64,000 nt of DNA from Tubiluchus corallicola (GCA_030141605.1 JAQGDQ010000022.1:1-64000); one strand, 5' to 3'. Shown: positions 45,601 to 60,600, numbered from the stretch's first letter. Program-made: numbers and translations. Notes: a model not told the origin generated them from the letters alone.

Positions 45601-48600
45601 ATTTTGCAGCCTGTGGCCCGACTAGTCAGATAATTTGCACACCCCTGTCCTACAGATCTAGTTTTAAGATCTGTTTTAAGGTTGTTTGCTCATGGAGGCT
45701 TTTTATTAACGAAAGGCTAATCATTGTAACAGCAATCGTTTTTTTTTACTGAAGTATACTTTCCAAGTTATTTTTTGTGCCCTCCATAATTAAGTATAGG
45801 ATGTGGACATGGCAAACATCTGTTACGTGTTAGAATTTGTCCAAGTTTTAGCAGGCATAAATGCAGGAACACATTGGACATTATTTTTAAATGAAGGATT
45901 AACTGTGTAGATATTTTCACGTTTGTTGCTTCAGTGACAAAAAGCAGTAAGTGCTGTTTGTTATCCTAGACGAAGTATTGTATTTATCCAAATTTGCTGG
46001 TTAGACCTTTGCTAGTAGCTCAGTTTCGCTAACAAAAGTACCCATTTAATTACCTTTGTGTATTCTTTGCAGCTCAGTTTCGCTAACAAAAGTACCCATT
46101 TAATTACCTTTGTGTATTCTTTGCAGTTGCTTCAGTGTGATACTTGTCATCTAATGTACCATCCTTCTTGTATTGGAAAAGATTATCCCCAGAAGCCTTC
46201 TAAACACAAACAAATTTGGGTGGGTATGTTTTTAAAAGTGAAATTGAAAAGTCAAATAGAATGTTATGTTTTCTTGTTTAGTTTTTCAGTGTAGCATGTA
46301 GTTTTTACATCTTGCCAGTCACTGTTTTTGTGTATTTTACTTGTTAGTGTCTATTGTGATTAATAATGGAATGGACCCAAGATTATTAAATTTTTCAGTT
46401 TTACTAAATGTGAATAAAAGTAAGGAAAAATTGTCATTGAATATGAATTTGAATGAAAGACTTCATGATTGGTTGCATTAGTTTATTGGATTATTTTTTA
46501 GTAATTTTAAGAAACTTGGCTATTAACTGCAAAACTTGGCTTAAGTATTGTGGTTGTGTGTGAATAGCATTTTCTGTTATTTCCAGTTGTGCAACAAGTG
46601 TGTTCACTGTAAAAGTTGTGGTGCCACAACACCTGGACAAGATAGGGATGCCAGGTGGATGTGTGATTTCACACTTTGTCAGAGGTGTGCTCTTCTTCGT
46701 TATCAAGGTAAGTAGTAGCTTTAAAATGTTTTTTTAAAGCATTGCAGTTTCTGATTGTTTTCGTTCATCGGTGTGCAGTAACCATAGCAATCATGTTTTA
46801 TGATGACAATGTTTATACATAGCAACAAAAGTGATATTAACAAGCTGAATACATTTTCTACGCTTTTTTGTAATTATTTAACTTTCCGATTTCCATTTTC
46901 AGGTCACTATTGCCCAGTTTGTAAGAAGTGTTATGAGAATGACGACTATGATTGTGAAATGGTGGAATGTAATATATGTAATCGATGGTTCCATGCAACA
47001 TGTGAAAATTTAACAGGTAACTGTGGCAATATAAACTGTGTGTCAGTTACTGTCTGGAAATCGAACATTATAAATTAGATTAACAAAACTTGTGATCCAT
47101 TCAATAGGCTAAAGCACCTACTGCCCAAGATAATAGTTGTTCTTGACAGCACTTAGTTACCAGTGTGTTGGTATGTAAGCTATCTGGATGTTAATTCTTT
47201 ATGGGATATCTGTTATTCAGGAAAAAACTTTTCTGACTGAGAAACATTGGCTTAGGCTACTTAACAAAAATAATGCGAGTTTTCCATGGCTGTGCTATTT
47301 TTCAATGTTTTTTCGTTTTATTTGGAAAGGATGATAGTTGCAAATTCTTGTTGTTAATGTGGAACCTGATTTTTAACGACAGTGCTCATGGTTATTACAC
47401 AAGAATTTAAATATTATTTTAGGTACTGTCTGAATATTGCCTTCTTTTATATTTGTGCACATTTTGCATCTATTTTTTCAGATGAAATGTACAATTCTTT
47501 ATCATTTCTGCCCGAGCAAATACCATACAGTTGCCAGCTTTGCACTACCACAAGGCCTACTGAGTGGGAAGAAGCATTGATGGTCTATAGACAGCAACAC
47601 TTATGTCAGGCGTTTGAAGCTTTCAAAAAGGGAGAGAAAGTTCAAAGTATTATGCAGGTATATCTGGTATAGCATTGAGAATAACCAGTTTTGGGATAGT
47701 TCCTTTACTGATGTAACTATTACATGTTACACTGTCAAAAAGTCTCTAATTACATTTACAGTTCCTTCTATGCTGTCAGAAAAGTAACTAGTTACAGTTG
47801 CAGTTCCGTAAAAGAGTAACTGCTACATATCTTGTGAAAGCGTGATGCCATACCAAAAGCATCAAAATTCATGTTAGAATGAAGCCCTGCTGCTGAGTGC
47901 AACCGCTCATTAGCAGAAACCACTATATACATGGTGATATAATATATCACATGTTTTTCTTCCTGCCTGTAGGACGTGAACTTCTTGAGGACTGTGCAAA
48001 TTTAGTGCAGCAAAGCTGCTGGCAGCTACTACACTCACCAGAAACATTGTTTTATACCGTTGTGACATTTTGCCAATCTTCAGAAAAAATTGTTTTGTAA
48101 CAGTCAACTGTATTGGCAGTACTGTCTGAAAGAAAGAATATAATGGGCAGAGTACAGTATTGCTAAGTACAACTTGCAGTTAAGTTGATAAACTTTTGGT
48201 TTGATGCTAGACAAGTGTAATGGTAACTCTAAATGTTACATTCGTTACAAGTTACAACGAAAATAGAAGCTATATTCAAACCACCTCAACACAAATTGCT
48301 GTTATGGAACTGATAGCCTTGCAATACAAGTTAAATTAAATATGCACCTGAAAGACTGTCATATTACCAAGGAAATTTAATTTAAACTTGTATATGTAAT
48401 ACTTTGTATGATTGTTTCTGTATTTGTAAGTTGGATGTTTGCTTCTCCAGAGCAATTACAGATCTACTGTGACATTACTGGCTTATTTAATTTTCGACCT
48501 AAGTTGTTTTTCACCACCACGAATCGTGTATGTATAGCATAGTGAATGGATATCATATACTATGTAGCCTTCCGTTCTTGTTCGTAAAATCAGAGAGCTT

Positions 48601-51600
48601 TATTATTTGGAAGATTTACAGGTAGCAACAGAAATATTGTTTAGCTTTGAGAGAAGTTCCGGTTTCGATTTTTCAACTGTGATGAATTTACAGTGTTTAG
48701 ATGTTTCAAAATTGTAACATGAAAATGATAGTATACACGTCAGTACGATGTACAGTGCAGCACAACTATGCAATATTCATATGCTAACCAAAACTCATCA
48801 GCTGATGTAAACCAATTAGTCATTAGACTAATTCGACTAAATTCTCTGGGCCACCCAATACACATCATTAGAATTATATAATGAAACACACTCCTAAAAC
48901 TACATGTCATTGCCAATTTCTTAAAAAATAGTTTGTATCTGTTTCAGCATTTAGTTAGCAAGCCAAAGGCTGATGAAAGTAGATGTGCCAGTAGTGGTAC
49001 TGCAACAAATTGTGAAAAAGGAGCACATCGTAGAACTAGATCACTTGCAGCTAAAAAATTCGAAAGCACTTCTACTAAAATATGTACGAATAGCTCATGC
49101 ACTGTATCCATAGTGCCATGTGATGCAGTGGCTGCAGATTGCTCAAGTAATAGTTATGCCATCGCACACGATGTGCTTACTAGTGTTGTAGATTATGTAG
49201 CTAGTGATGGGAACTACCAAACTGACAATTTCAGAAATGCTACGTCAAACCAATCTACCTCTCTAAGCTACTGTAACCGTTTACATAGACAAGATTATGA
49301 GCTGTACTGTGAAAAAGTGGATGTAGCTCGCTACGTGTTGAAGAAGTTGCTCAAGAACGTTTTTCAGGAAGTAGAGCGAAGGAATGAATTGAAACGACCA
49401 ATTACATTACAGGACGTACAAAAGAAGCTGCGTCTTAAGCAGTACAAATCGGTGGTAAGTAAATTTGAATTTCACTTTGTCGCATGTTTTGCTGCTTATG
49501 TTTCTGATGATTTTTTGTGTTTAAAGTTTGATTGCTCACTTTTTATTACCTAAGCAGCTAGATGGATTTTTTCAAACGTTTTTTAGTTTATCCGTATGCT
49601 CACTTGCACCTCATAAAGTTTGTCGATTCTTTTCTAGGACGAATTCTGTTATGACATGAATCATCTCATTCACTGTGCTGCCAACTCATTTTCCTCTCCT
49701 CTTGGAAATGTTGTTACATCATTAACTTTTACGTTTAGTAAGGTATGTCATTTTCATGAGAGTTCTCATTAATTAACATTATTTAGGTTTAATCATTGTG
49801 ATTGTAGGCACACATTGAGCTGTAAAATTTTTAAATTCAGTGCAACAGATTGTTATTCAAAGAGCCTCAACACTAATTAAAAAAAATCAAGGCACTAATT
49901 TTCACAAAAAATCAACTTCGTAATTTTCGTTGTGTTCACCACAAGTCTTCTATCATAGTGAAAATGTTGCTATCAAAACCCATGTGAATATGCGATGACA
50001 TTTCAAATTTGCAGTTACGTCAAATGTTTATAAATATTAAATAAATTTTTGGTGATGATAATGATTATTAATGTGCGTGCATAATGGTAATTTTCCAGAT
50101 CATGCAAGCAAATTTTCCATGGTACAATCCAAAAAATGCTAAATACTGGGCCAAGGCAGCAATGACCAGGTAATGACGCCTATGACATAGATTTTACGTA
50201 TCAGATATAAAATCTTACATTGTAATGGGCCATGCACATATGGAAAGACCATAGGGGCCAATTAATGGTAGACGCTGCTAGTTTGATCAGTTCCTTAGCC
50301 GAGCTAGGAATACTAACTGACTGCCCACAAAAGGAAACAGACAGTAGCTGAGCGTAGGCAGTCTGTACGTGGCTTTACCTAAATAGCGTGAATTCTTTTG
50401 AGGTGTGATTGATAAAAAACATACTCTTATTTATACCTCAAAAGTCAAACTGTAACCAGTTGATTAAGTAACAAAATATTAAATTTAATGACGCAATAAA
50501 AATATCAAGCAGTCACGAAATTTAGACACTTCCAAACAATGAAAATCGGTAATAAGCAAAATTGAATGTGAAAACGCTACTAAACAACATGGCATGAAAT
50601 AAATGTAATGACAAAATCTTTAAAGGAGTCGCTACTTATTCTACCAGCCACCCAATTCGCGTATGTTAGCATAGTGTCTTCTCCAGACAGGCATAGTTCG
50701 TGGTCATAGTCCTTTAGAGCGACTAATGTATGAATCAGACTTCATCTAATAGGCTCACGACCCCACAGTAATAATGATTCAATCTGGATCTTTACATACT
50801 TTCCATGCATCTATTTAGTGGTATAAATGTTGACTGTTCGCTAATCTTTGTTAATTTTTTTCAGATTTTTTGTAGCTTACCCCAATGATTTGTTTTCATA
50901 ATACAGTTATGTATAGAAGATAAACTGTGTGTAATTGCTATATGAAAAGAGAGCATAGTAGAATTGGCATAACATTAACAATAGTGCTTTTATTGCATCA
51001 GACTATTATTGCCCTTCTGAAACTAGAATTTGATAAAGTGTGCCCAAAGCGCTATACCTAGTACAAGATTTCATGATATTAGTTTACTAGCTCTGTTTTG
51101 TAATTACATTATATTTACTTTTTGACATTTTTCATGAAAAATTTTTGTAAACCTGGTGATTGTCTTTGTATTTCAGATTACTTCATTTTGTTTTATGATT
51201 TTTTTTTAGTCCATCATCTTCTGCTCTTCAACCACCTCACGGTGATCATAACTACGCTGGTTGTGCCGCAGCAGACGACGATTCCGACCGGACTTTGTCC
51301 ACTAGCATTATTAGCCCTCAAGCTACTGGTTCTGCATCATCACCGAGGTCTCCAGAACACGTTTGTAAGCTTCATATGATTAGTTTCTATAAATCAATAA
51401 CTTTTTTTAGTGAAGCAGACTGAAGTGAGGGTTAGCATAGATACATTGAGGTAATGAAATAGCTGAGTGTTATCGACTGAAGTTAAGTGATATGTGTTAG
51501 TTGGTTCAGCAAATGAATCAAGTTTTACTTGATTTTGTCGCAATGCTGGCTACATTTGTCAGAAAATAAAAGCTCAAAACAGTTTTATAATTGATTAAAT

Positions 51601-54600
51601 CAATTAATAATCATGCTGCTAGTGCCTTACCTGCAACCTGGCTGCCTCTGCGAATATATTTATTTTTTCTGTGCTGTGATATTTCATTTAATGGAAATTT
51701 CATATTTACTTACAGCACCGAAAAAGCCACTAGACGATTTTTCTAGTCCTTTGTCCTTCAGAAGCAAAGATAAAAGAAAATGTTCATTCTGTTTGAAATT
51801 TGGAGATGGCCTACCAAATGTAAGTTAGTTAATACGTCTCTGAAACCGGTTTTTGTATTTGTGTGATTAATAAACGTTGTTTAATTAATGCAACATTAAC
51901 AAATTGCTCTTGTTACACTTTCGTAATATTTGTTTTGTTTGGGACGTTATGCTGTAGCAATCCGTAATATATAAATAAGCCTTTCTAAGTTTGATATCTA
52001 ATGTACTACACTAATGGTAAATACTGTTGCAATCAAAATTATAAAAAAAGAAAGGTGAGAAAAAAAAATAGTTTGATCAGCTGTTTTGCAGCTTTTTTGC
52101 TAAAATTTGTTTTCACTAACATGTTAGGATGCTGGAAGACTGCTGTACCTTGGTCACAATGAATGGGGTCACATTAATTGCATCCTCTGGTCATCTGAGG
52201 TTTATGAAGACAGTGATGGTATGCTTCATGATGTCGAAGTAGCAGCCAGCAGGGGCCGACACTGTGTAAGCTGGAATAAACTGGTGCCCGTAAAGCACTA
52301 AAACTTTTTTGATGTCTAAAAGAGTCACTAGTAAATTACACAAATGTACAATGTATGCAAATTATGTATGTGTTTCCTAGCAAAGGTTAAAGATTGAGCT
52401 CTACAAATGTAGTATGATTTATTGCTACAAATTTTTAAGCTTACAGCACAGAGACAACACTGCTTATTCAACTACATGTAGACGTTGTAACATTCAATTT
52501 TTGTTATTTCATTGCTGTTCATACTGGTTATCAGATCCGGGCCATCATTCAGCATATTAAGCTGCTGGCATAAAACAGAAAGGAAAATCTGGAAGATCAG
52601 AAACTGATTAGGAAAAATAGGCTGTAGCTTTATACAAATTAACTAACTGTGTTACAATTGCAATAGGTGGCTACTTCATAAGTTTAGTAAAAACTTACTG
52701 GGTTTGATAAGTCACTCACAAATTTCACTTTAAACTTTTTTCTATCTAATTGACAGGGAACATTTATCTTACAACAAAGCCTTACTGGGTACTTGAGCAT
52801 TTTTTGAGTCTGCATAAGTTTTTGATCATTTTTTCTTCTACCATACTGACTCTAGGGCAGAATTGTAAAGTTTGCTGCATGGCTGTGCATAGTAAATTAA
52901 CATCCCTGCAGTAGACTTATGAATCTAAGTTTGATGCCACTAAAATTCTCATGAATCCTAGACTCTAAGTTGTCATTTGGTACATGTTTTCATTACTGTT
53001 CATTATTAATAAAATTTCAAAAATAATGAGGGTCTTTTGAAATACATGATTATAAAGTAACTATAAGTTCCAAAACTCATTAAGATTTCGTTTACATATA
53101 AGCCAAATTTTATTGATTTTTGCCATTGCCACTGGATAAATACGTTATTACATAAAACGCTTTATTTTGTTTAAAGGCCGTTCTTTAAACTGCATTTTGC
53201 TGCAATGCATTATAATCGTTAAGTGACGACTTACTATAATTCCTTCAAAACAAGTTTGATGAATATGTTAAAAATGAAAATTGTTTTTTATATCACTGAT
53301 TTGACTGCTACTGTGACAAACTACTATGACATTTCAAATAGTCAACCATACAACTGTCGCAAGCTGTTTTCATGGTAGGTTTAAGTGATAGTGAACAGTA
53401 ACAGTTGGTAACTTTTTTGGCACATTCTTGTAGTCAAATTAAAAATGTTACTATTTTAGATAAGAACACGTAATACTGTATTATGTCTTCAGAATAGCAA
53501 AATGCTAAAAAACTGGGATTCTACATATTATTATATGTAGGAATCAAAGTGTTAATGACACAGTGACTTTCAAAATCTATATTTCAGAAATGTGCTGTAT
53601 GCGGTGCTCCAGGTGCGACTGTTGGCTGCTGTGCACGTGGCTGTCCAAATACCTTCCATTTTCCATGTGCAAAAAAATCCAGAGCATTGTTTCAAGAAGA
53701 CAAAAAAGTTTTCTGCTACGATGACAGAATGTTATCTGACGGAATGGTTTGTAAATCTTGCAAGTTTTTTTCATTTTTTTGGCTGCTATCTTATAGTAAT
53801 AATGTCTTGTAGTACAACAAGATAATTTTGTTCTCTCTGATTATTGGTTTAGATTTATATATCATGTTTTTCTTGGTGCCTTTATTGTGAAGTCCTTATA
53901 GATATATTATATTAAATTTAATGCCATTCTGTTTTGCTTATTGGATTGTAGGCAATTGAAATGGATGAATTCGCAGTGAAACGCAGGGTATCTGTTAGAC
54001 ATGATCCGAGTAAGTGGAACAAGTACTGGCAGCGTGGTGTCGAACCCAAAACAGCTTGCCTCGTTGCTGGTTCTATGACTGTAGAAGCATTGGGAACCCT
54101 CGACAGCGTCTCGAACACTGACGAAGCTCTGTATCCAGTAGACTATGTGTATGTTTATCCCTTCCTGTTATCCTGTAGTATATCGTTTCTTTTTTAAACT
54201 AAATTGGATCATAAGAAAGAAAATGTGAAAGGTCAATACTGAGCCTAGTTTTGAGATTGTCAATTTTTGGTTATCAATCTAGTGTCTAGTATTTTTTAAG
54301 TCTTAACTTATGGCCTTTTGAAAACAAGGCATGTTGCAGTCATTGTAGATCAAAGTATGTCAATCAGTCCTACATATGCAAGTGCTAGTTTCTCATATTA
54401 GAATAAATACTAGTTAATTATTCCAGATTTTTTTCATATTCTTTTCTTTTGAGTTTGATTTAAAAAATTAACTGTGAATTCACACTCTGTGGCTGTATGA
54501 TTTCTATGCTTAATGGTATAGGATACACAGAGGCATGCAATTTTTCTGTAAAATTGACTAGTATAAGTCAGTTTTCAAAATAAAACTGCAGTGCAGTTTC

Positions 54601-57600
54601 CCATGCTTAAATGTCAATTTCAGTCAGTTTAGAATGCATGCCAATCAGATGAGGTTGTTCAATGGCCTGTCTAATGAGTCTAGACTACTGGTTAAGTACA
54701 AAGTTGCTAGCACAGTTGGACAGCTTTTCTTGCTTTTCAATCAGTTTGGCGATAAGAGATTTTTAATTAGGATCAAAATAAGTAGGTAGATCAGCGGTTT
54801 TTAATGAAATTTCTTTTATGTACTCAATTAATTGTAAAATTTGCTGAGTAAAAGTTGTGTATTGATCTAGTTGTGGTGATAAAAAGTTTCAAATTTTTAT
54901 AGAACATTTAGGCTCGCCATTTTGAATTTTTGATGTAGTTATGCAGTGTGAGTTTTGCTAAATAACTGCTTCTTTTCTAATCTATTAATTTTTTACTTCT
55001 GATTTAATAATTATCTGTTTCTGTCTTTAGCTGCAAACGGGTATATTGGAGCATACACAATCCAACTAATAAGTGTGTTTATACGATGCGGATCAGAAAA
55101 GTGGAACCGAAAGAAGAGGAACCTGTCAATGTAGAGCACGTCACAACCGCTCATGGTCAGAGCTCCTCACCTTTGAAAGAAAGGGGAAACTTATATAACC
55201 AGCAGTCTGTTGAATATGTAAACAATCATGCAGTTGCCAAAAGTGGAGAGGTAGTCAGTGGAGCAGATGCTGTACCTCCTGTTTCAATAAAAATTGAACA
55301 GCAACACAAGGTGGATGATACCCAGCATTATCCTAAAGTTTTATCGTCACCAACAGAATCGCCATCTTGCAAATCTGATCATGAAAAGGACATTAAAACA
55401 GGCAATGAAAGTGTAACGTCTGCTTCCAACAAAGGCCAGCATCATACTCTCTCTCTAGAGAAACCGCTTCTGGGTTTCGATTTATCGACTGATTCTGACT
55501 CGGCAGATGAGCCTTCTGATGATATTGGCCCATCAAATTTTAGCGGCTCTTCTGGAAAATTAGAAGTTGGCATGTCACCAACGCAGAGTTTTAGCGACAA
55601 TGAAGACAGCCTGTATGAAATAAATAATTCAACGCAAATGAAAGTTAAACAGGATGATATTTTTAATGATGATGTTCCCATATATTCTAAAGAGGTTTCT
55701 GTGTGCCACAGTATCGCAAACAGTGATGATGAAAAGTGTTTTGACATAAAAGGAATTAAGCATTCATTTCCTAATACTACTGCTGTTGAACGTTTTCCTA
55801 ATGTTAATGTTACTGTAGCAAAGACAGGCAGTGTGTCATCATTGAAATCTGATTTGCCTTTATTGACTTATTCCCGCTTAAAAAGAAAATCTCGTCTGCA
55901 TGCCGATTGTGGGACTAAGTCAGAGCGTGCTCACGCAGAAAGTGCAAGCGACAGCAATTCAAGAAATTTGAGGTTGTCGGAACTGAATGCATTTGATGGC
56001 AGTGATAACTCCACATCTGCAAAAGCTAGAAAATACGAGAACTTAAAAGATTCCTCGTTGCAGGTGGCTACAGCTGCTTTATCTAAAAAGCATGATACTT
56101 CAGCAACTTTGGGGTATAATAGTCATAGTTCAAGTGACAGTGTTGTAAATAGTCTGCCTAATAGTGCTTTAGGAACCTTCAGAACTGTCAATTCAGAATC
56201 AGTGCAAACTGTAACACCTGTCAGGAAAGAAATAGCCAGGTTGCACTTCTTGGGAACGGTAATAATAAGGAATAAGGATACGGATCACCTCATTGATACT
56301 GGCCCTGTGCTTGTGCAAAATAACTTTGCTGATGATGCAAACGTTGATTCTGCACTTGAGCAAATTAACGTGAATGTTGACCCTGCTCTTGAGCAAAATA
56401 ACGTGAATGTTTATCCTGCTTTTGAGCAAAGTAACATGAATGTTGACCCTGCTCTTGAGCAAAGTAATGTTATTAATGACGTAATAACTGCAATTCAAAA
56501 TGATCATGGTTACAATGACTCAAGCAATCCCATTGCTGTTAGGACGGACCACAGTTATGGTATGTCAGGCAAAACGCCAAACAAGGAAAGAAAAACAAAA
56601 ATAAAACGTAAACAGGTGCATCGGGTTAAAGAGATTGAAGAACCTATTTGTCAGCTTGATAGCAGTCAGCTCCTGTCAAACCCTGCAAAGATGAAGAGAC
56701 CATACAAGAAATTTCGTAAACAACCTGCGACCAATGCTGTTTCTGGTTAGTACGATCTGCCAACAAATTATTCCAATGGCTTTCTATCTGAATTTACAAA
56801 TCATTTTCTTATCAAGCGATATGTCAGCTTAAATTGGGGTTCGTGATAAGACGACAAAAAATCTTTAGAAGATGTGTTAATTTCAAGAATCTGAAGATGA
56901 ATAATTCATTACCAGTTGTTTTACTACCAGCAACAGCAGCAATGAATTGGTGAAGTTTTACGTTACATCACTAATCTTCATTTTTAGACTAAGATTAAGA
57001 TTTCTGAATAACCACTCTGTTATTATTTCATTTCCTATTAAACCACAAAAAATGTAATAATTTAACATTATTGATACGTATTTGGTTAATGACCTAATCA
57101 GCTTTACCAGCATTGCTGGCAGTTTGCAAATAGGCAGATTTACTTTTTTTCATCTTAGTTAAAACTGGAATAGTTAGTCCCCATTTCACAATGAGAATGT
57201 GCAGCAAAATTTCTTTAGGAAAAATTCCTTCCAGCATTCATCGCGCAAACGGACCACATTGCTTTCCATACTGCATTTCACACAGATGTCTGACGATGAA
57301 TTTTCCTCATGGAATTCCTCGTGAGGACGGCTAGAAGCTTCTTCCTCACGAGGAAATTTGATGCTTGGTAGAAATCATGCTGCACGTTCCAATTTCATGG
57401 GGGTTCCTTACAGAATTTAGGTTAAAATTTAACCTCTCAGCTACTTTTTCTTGTTTAATAAATAACAGTTAACATAATTTTCTATAAAATTAGAAGTTTT
57501 TAATCTCTTTTTTCATACAGACCACATTTTGTTATATTCATGAAAAAGAAAATTTATACATGGCCCTTTTTCTTGCCGTAGTAGTGCACCTTCAGGAGAT

Positions 57601-60600
57601 GAAATGGCTTTGTGAAGCCATTTTGGATAGCAATCGCACTACAAGTGCGGCAAATCAATGCCATTGTTTATAAAAGCGAATCCAGAGCCCAGGGTTTATT
57701 TTGGTGGTCTGTATTCTAAGTGAAATGTTCACATTTCCTATCTCTACAAAAACATAGGCCTTTGTATATTTTAAACTGTGTTTACTTACTTAAATTGGCT
57801 TTTCTGTAGATGTTTTACCATCAGATCTACAGCATGCGAATAGACATTCATTAGCAACTGAAGATGAGCTATTGTTTGAGCTTTGTAGTGAAGATGGCTT
57901 CCACACAGTGGCCAACTCAATTGAAGGTAATGCACTGACTCAATCCACATACTCTTGTTATTGGTTGTTACTTACTGTTTTTCACTTCCCTTTTAATAAC
58001 TTCAACTTACTACATACAGCTATGACCATATAGTAATTATTTTTTAATGTTTGTTCTGCATTGAATTTTTTAAACTCTTAATTCAAATTATTTAGTGCAA
58101 ATAGCTGTTGGTAGTTTAGTGGTAAATTCAAATGTGATAAATGCACTTGTTTCAAGTCTCAAGTGCACAGTAATCTTTTCTTTCTTTTTCTATTTGTCTT
58201 GTAGTATTAGTATTTTTTCTTGTGAAGCAAGAGTGTTCAGTCCTTAACAAAACTTTATCTACTTTTGTTAGTGGTTTAATTAAATAGCTAATTGTCAGTG
58301 AACTTTTAGCTGGATATACTTAATTTTATAGATGCCTGGAAGGTGGTTGTTGAACAGATACAGAAAGCTAGAGCTACACACAACATGAACAGTATTTCAT
58401 TTGCAGGTAGGTGTTAGCATTTTTGTCTTGTTACTCAGTCAGAGTTCAAAATATCTTACCACTTTAGCTGGACATAATATTATTCATTGGTCATATGTTC
58501 TAGGTGGAATTGGTCGGTCTGTGAGAAAGTCATATTTTCTGAGTTTGGTTTTTGAACAACCTTAGTTAATTTAGCAGTTTTATTATTGCTACAAAATTAT
58601 AGACAATATTAATTTATTAGTACAGAAGACAAAAAACATTTAGAATGCACATTTTGTTTGTAAGTTTTTTGTTTTGTCTTGCAAACTATATTTTTGTCTT
58701 TTTACCTTTTATATTTTTGCCAAACATTGTTAACAGTCTGGCTTCTCTCAGTTTGAATCACACTGCTTACCCACCTTTCATACTTTAAATAAAACAAGTC
58801 TTAAATTATTTTAAAGAGTGCCTTACAATTTTAAAAGCAGCAATTCAAATGTTCGAGTGTAATTAGGTGGTTTTCATTGATTCAATCTATTTTTTCGATA
58901 TTCTTTACCAAAATCTGCCTACAGATATAAAAAATTTGTGTTCGTCGTTTTTCTGTCACATTATTGTTTTAGGTTTGAGTGGGATAATAATGCTTGGAGT
59001 GATCAGTGATCCTGTGTGTTATTTACTGGAACAGCTTCCCGGAGCTCAGAAATGTTGCTCATATCAGTTCCGGTACCATCAGTATGACCGAATGTACAGA
59101 CAAGCGGTGAGTGCGGATTTTGAACTTTCTGGATTAGAACAACGAAAATGAAGTCTCAGCCTCACACGCAAGGACATTTTTGACTTTCTAGTTATATTAC
59201 AGAAATAACTGTATATTAAATTTAAAATGCAAAAATGTAAAGCACTCTAAATGCGTGTTTTGTTTTGAGCTTTGGTATTACCGGAATGATTTGCTTCTCT
59301 GCGCAGTTCTCCAAAAACTGTTATAAATTGGTGTTTATAGCATGGTTATGTGTTGTTTATGAAAGCTGCAACATTGTGATGGGAAATTGGTTGAATTTTA
59401 TTTAGCTGTTAATGTAAACGCTGCATTGAATTGGGTTTTATGTGTTTTGCTTAGAAAACAATTTGAAGTTGTGGTTCTAATTTTTGTTTTTATTGCTTAA
59501 AAGAGTAATGTTATCGTAGAAGAAATTATTAGTCCTTTAACTCTACTGAGAAGTGATTTGCAAAAAAATAGGTTAATACAATTCTGTTTGCATTTAGCTT
59601 TTTCATTTGTGCAGGTTTTAAAGGAAAATCCCAGTGGATGCGCTCGAACAGAAAGATTTCAACAGCGTGGCAAGTATGACATGTTCAGCTGGTTGGCATC
59701 ACGTCACAGGAAGAGACCCATAAGCATTGATAAGTCAGCAAAAAACACAGAGTTACAGCTCAAATCTTCTCGGTGTGTCTTAAGATCAAATTATAAATCG
59801 CTTAGTAATAGAAGTATAATTAGTTTGTTAAATAATCAATTATAAGAAGCTGCTTGTTTGATTAGTACTAAATTATCTGAAACTTTGCACTTTGCAGAAC
59901 TTCATTTTTGCTTTGTTACTTGGTACAGTTTATTTATAATATGATATAATTTATTGATGAAGTTGTTTCGGGGTTGGAAATCAGCAGATGCTTTATTTTC
60001 AGCATACAGCTAGTACTAGTATTTTAATGGGATGTTTTACTTGAACCTAAGTTTGGTTGAGCTCTCATTTCTTTTAGGATTCCACCTATACGAATTCTAA
60101 CACTTTACTGTTACTTCTAAATGCATTACAATAGTGCAAAGTCATCCTAACAAAGCTAGTTCATGTACACTGTACAAGCTTTACGAGTTGCAACATTTAT
60201 TTAGCAATCTGTAGGCAAGAATGAAGTAATGTAACATTTCCACTTATTCAAGGCTCCATTGATTTAATAGTTTTTAATTTTTGCACAAAGCAGATACGTT
60301 CATAGCTGTTTTTGATTATAGTTTTATCAATTAAATTCATGGAACTTCATTTTCCATTTATAATGCATAATAGCTATAATCGGGCATAATAGGCTTCTGT
60401 AGCTAATAGTACAAAGTTCATGGAATTTATTATTTATTCAGGAGGCCTACAAGCATGAGCAGCTTGCCCATGGCAATGAGGTTTCGGCATCTTAGTTTAT
60501 CTGCAAAAGAAGCAGTTGGCGTCTATCGTTCACGCATTCATGGCAGAGGCTTATTCTGCAAACGTGACATCGATGAAGGCGAAATGATTATTGAGTATGC

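Noticed and set aside
47686-48290. GTAAC/GTTAC subrepeat-rich hAT-like MITE remnants (similar remnants at 8820-9005, 15320-15480 and 60890-61110)
   Set aside because: Termini and TSDs could not be defined.
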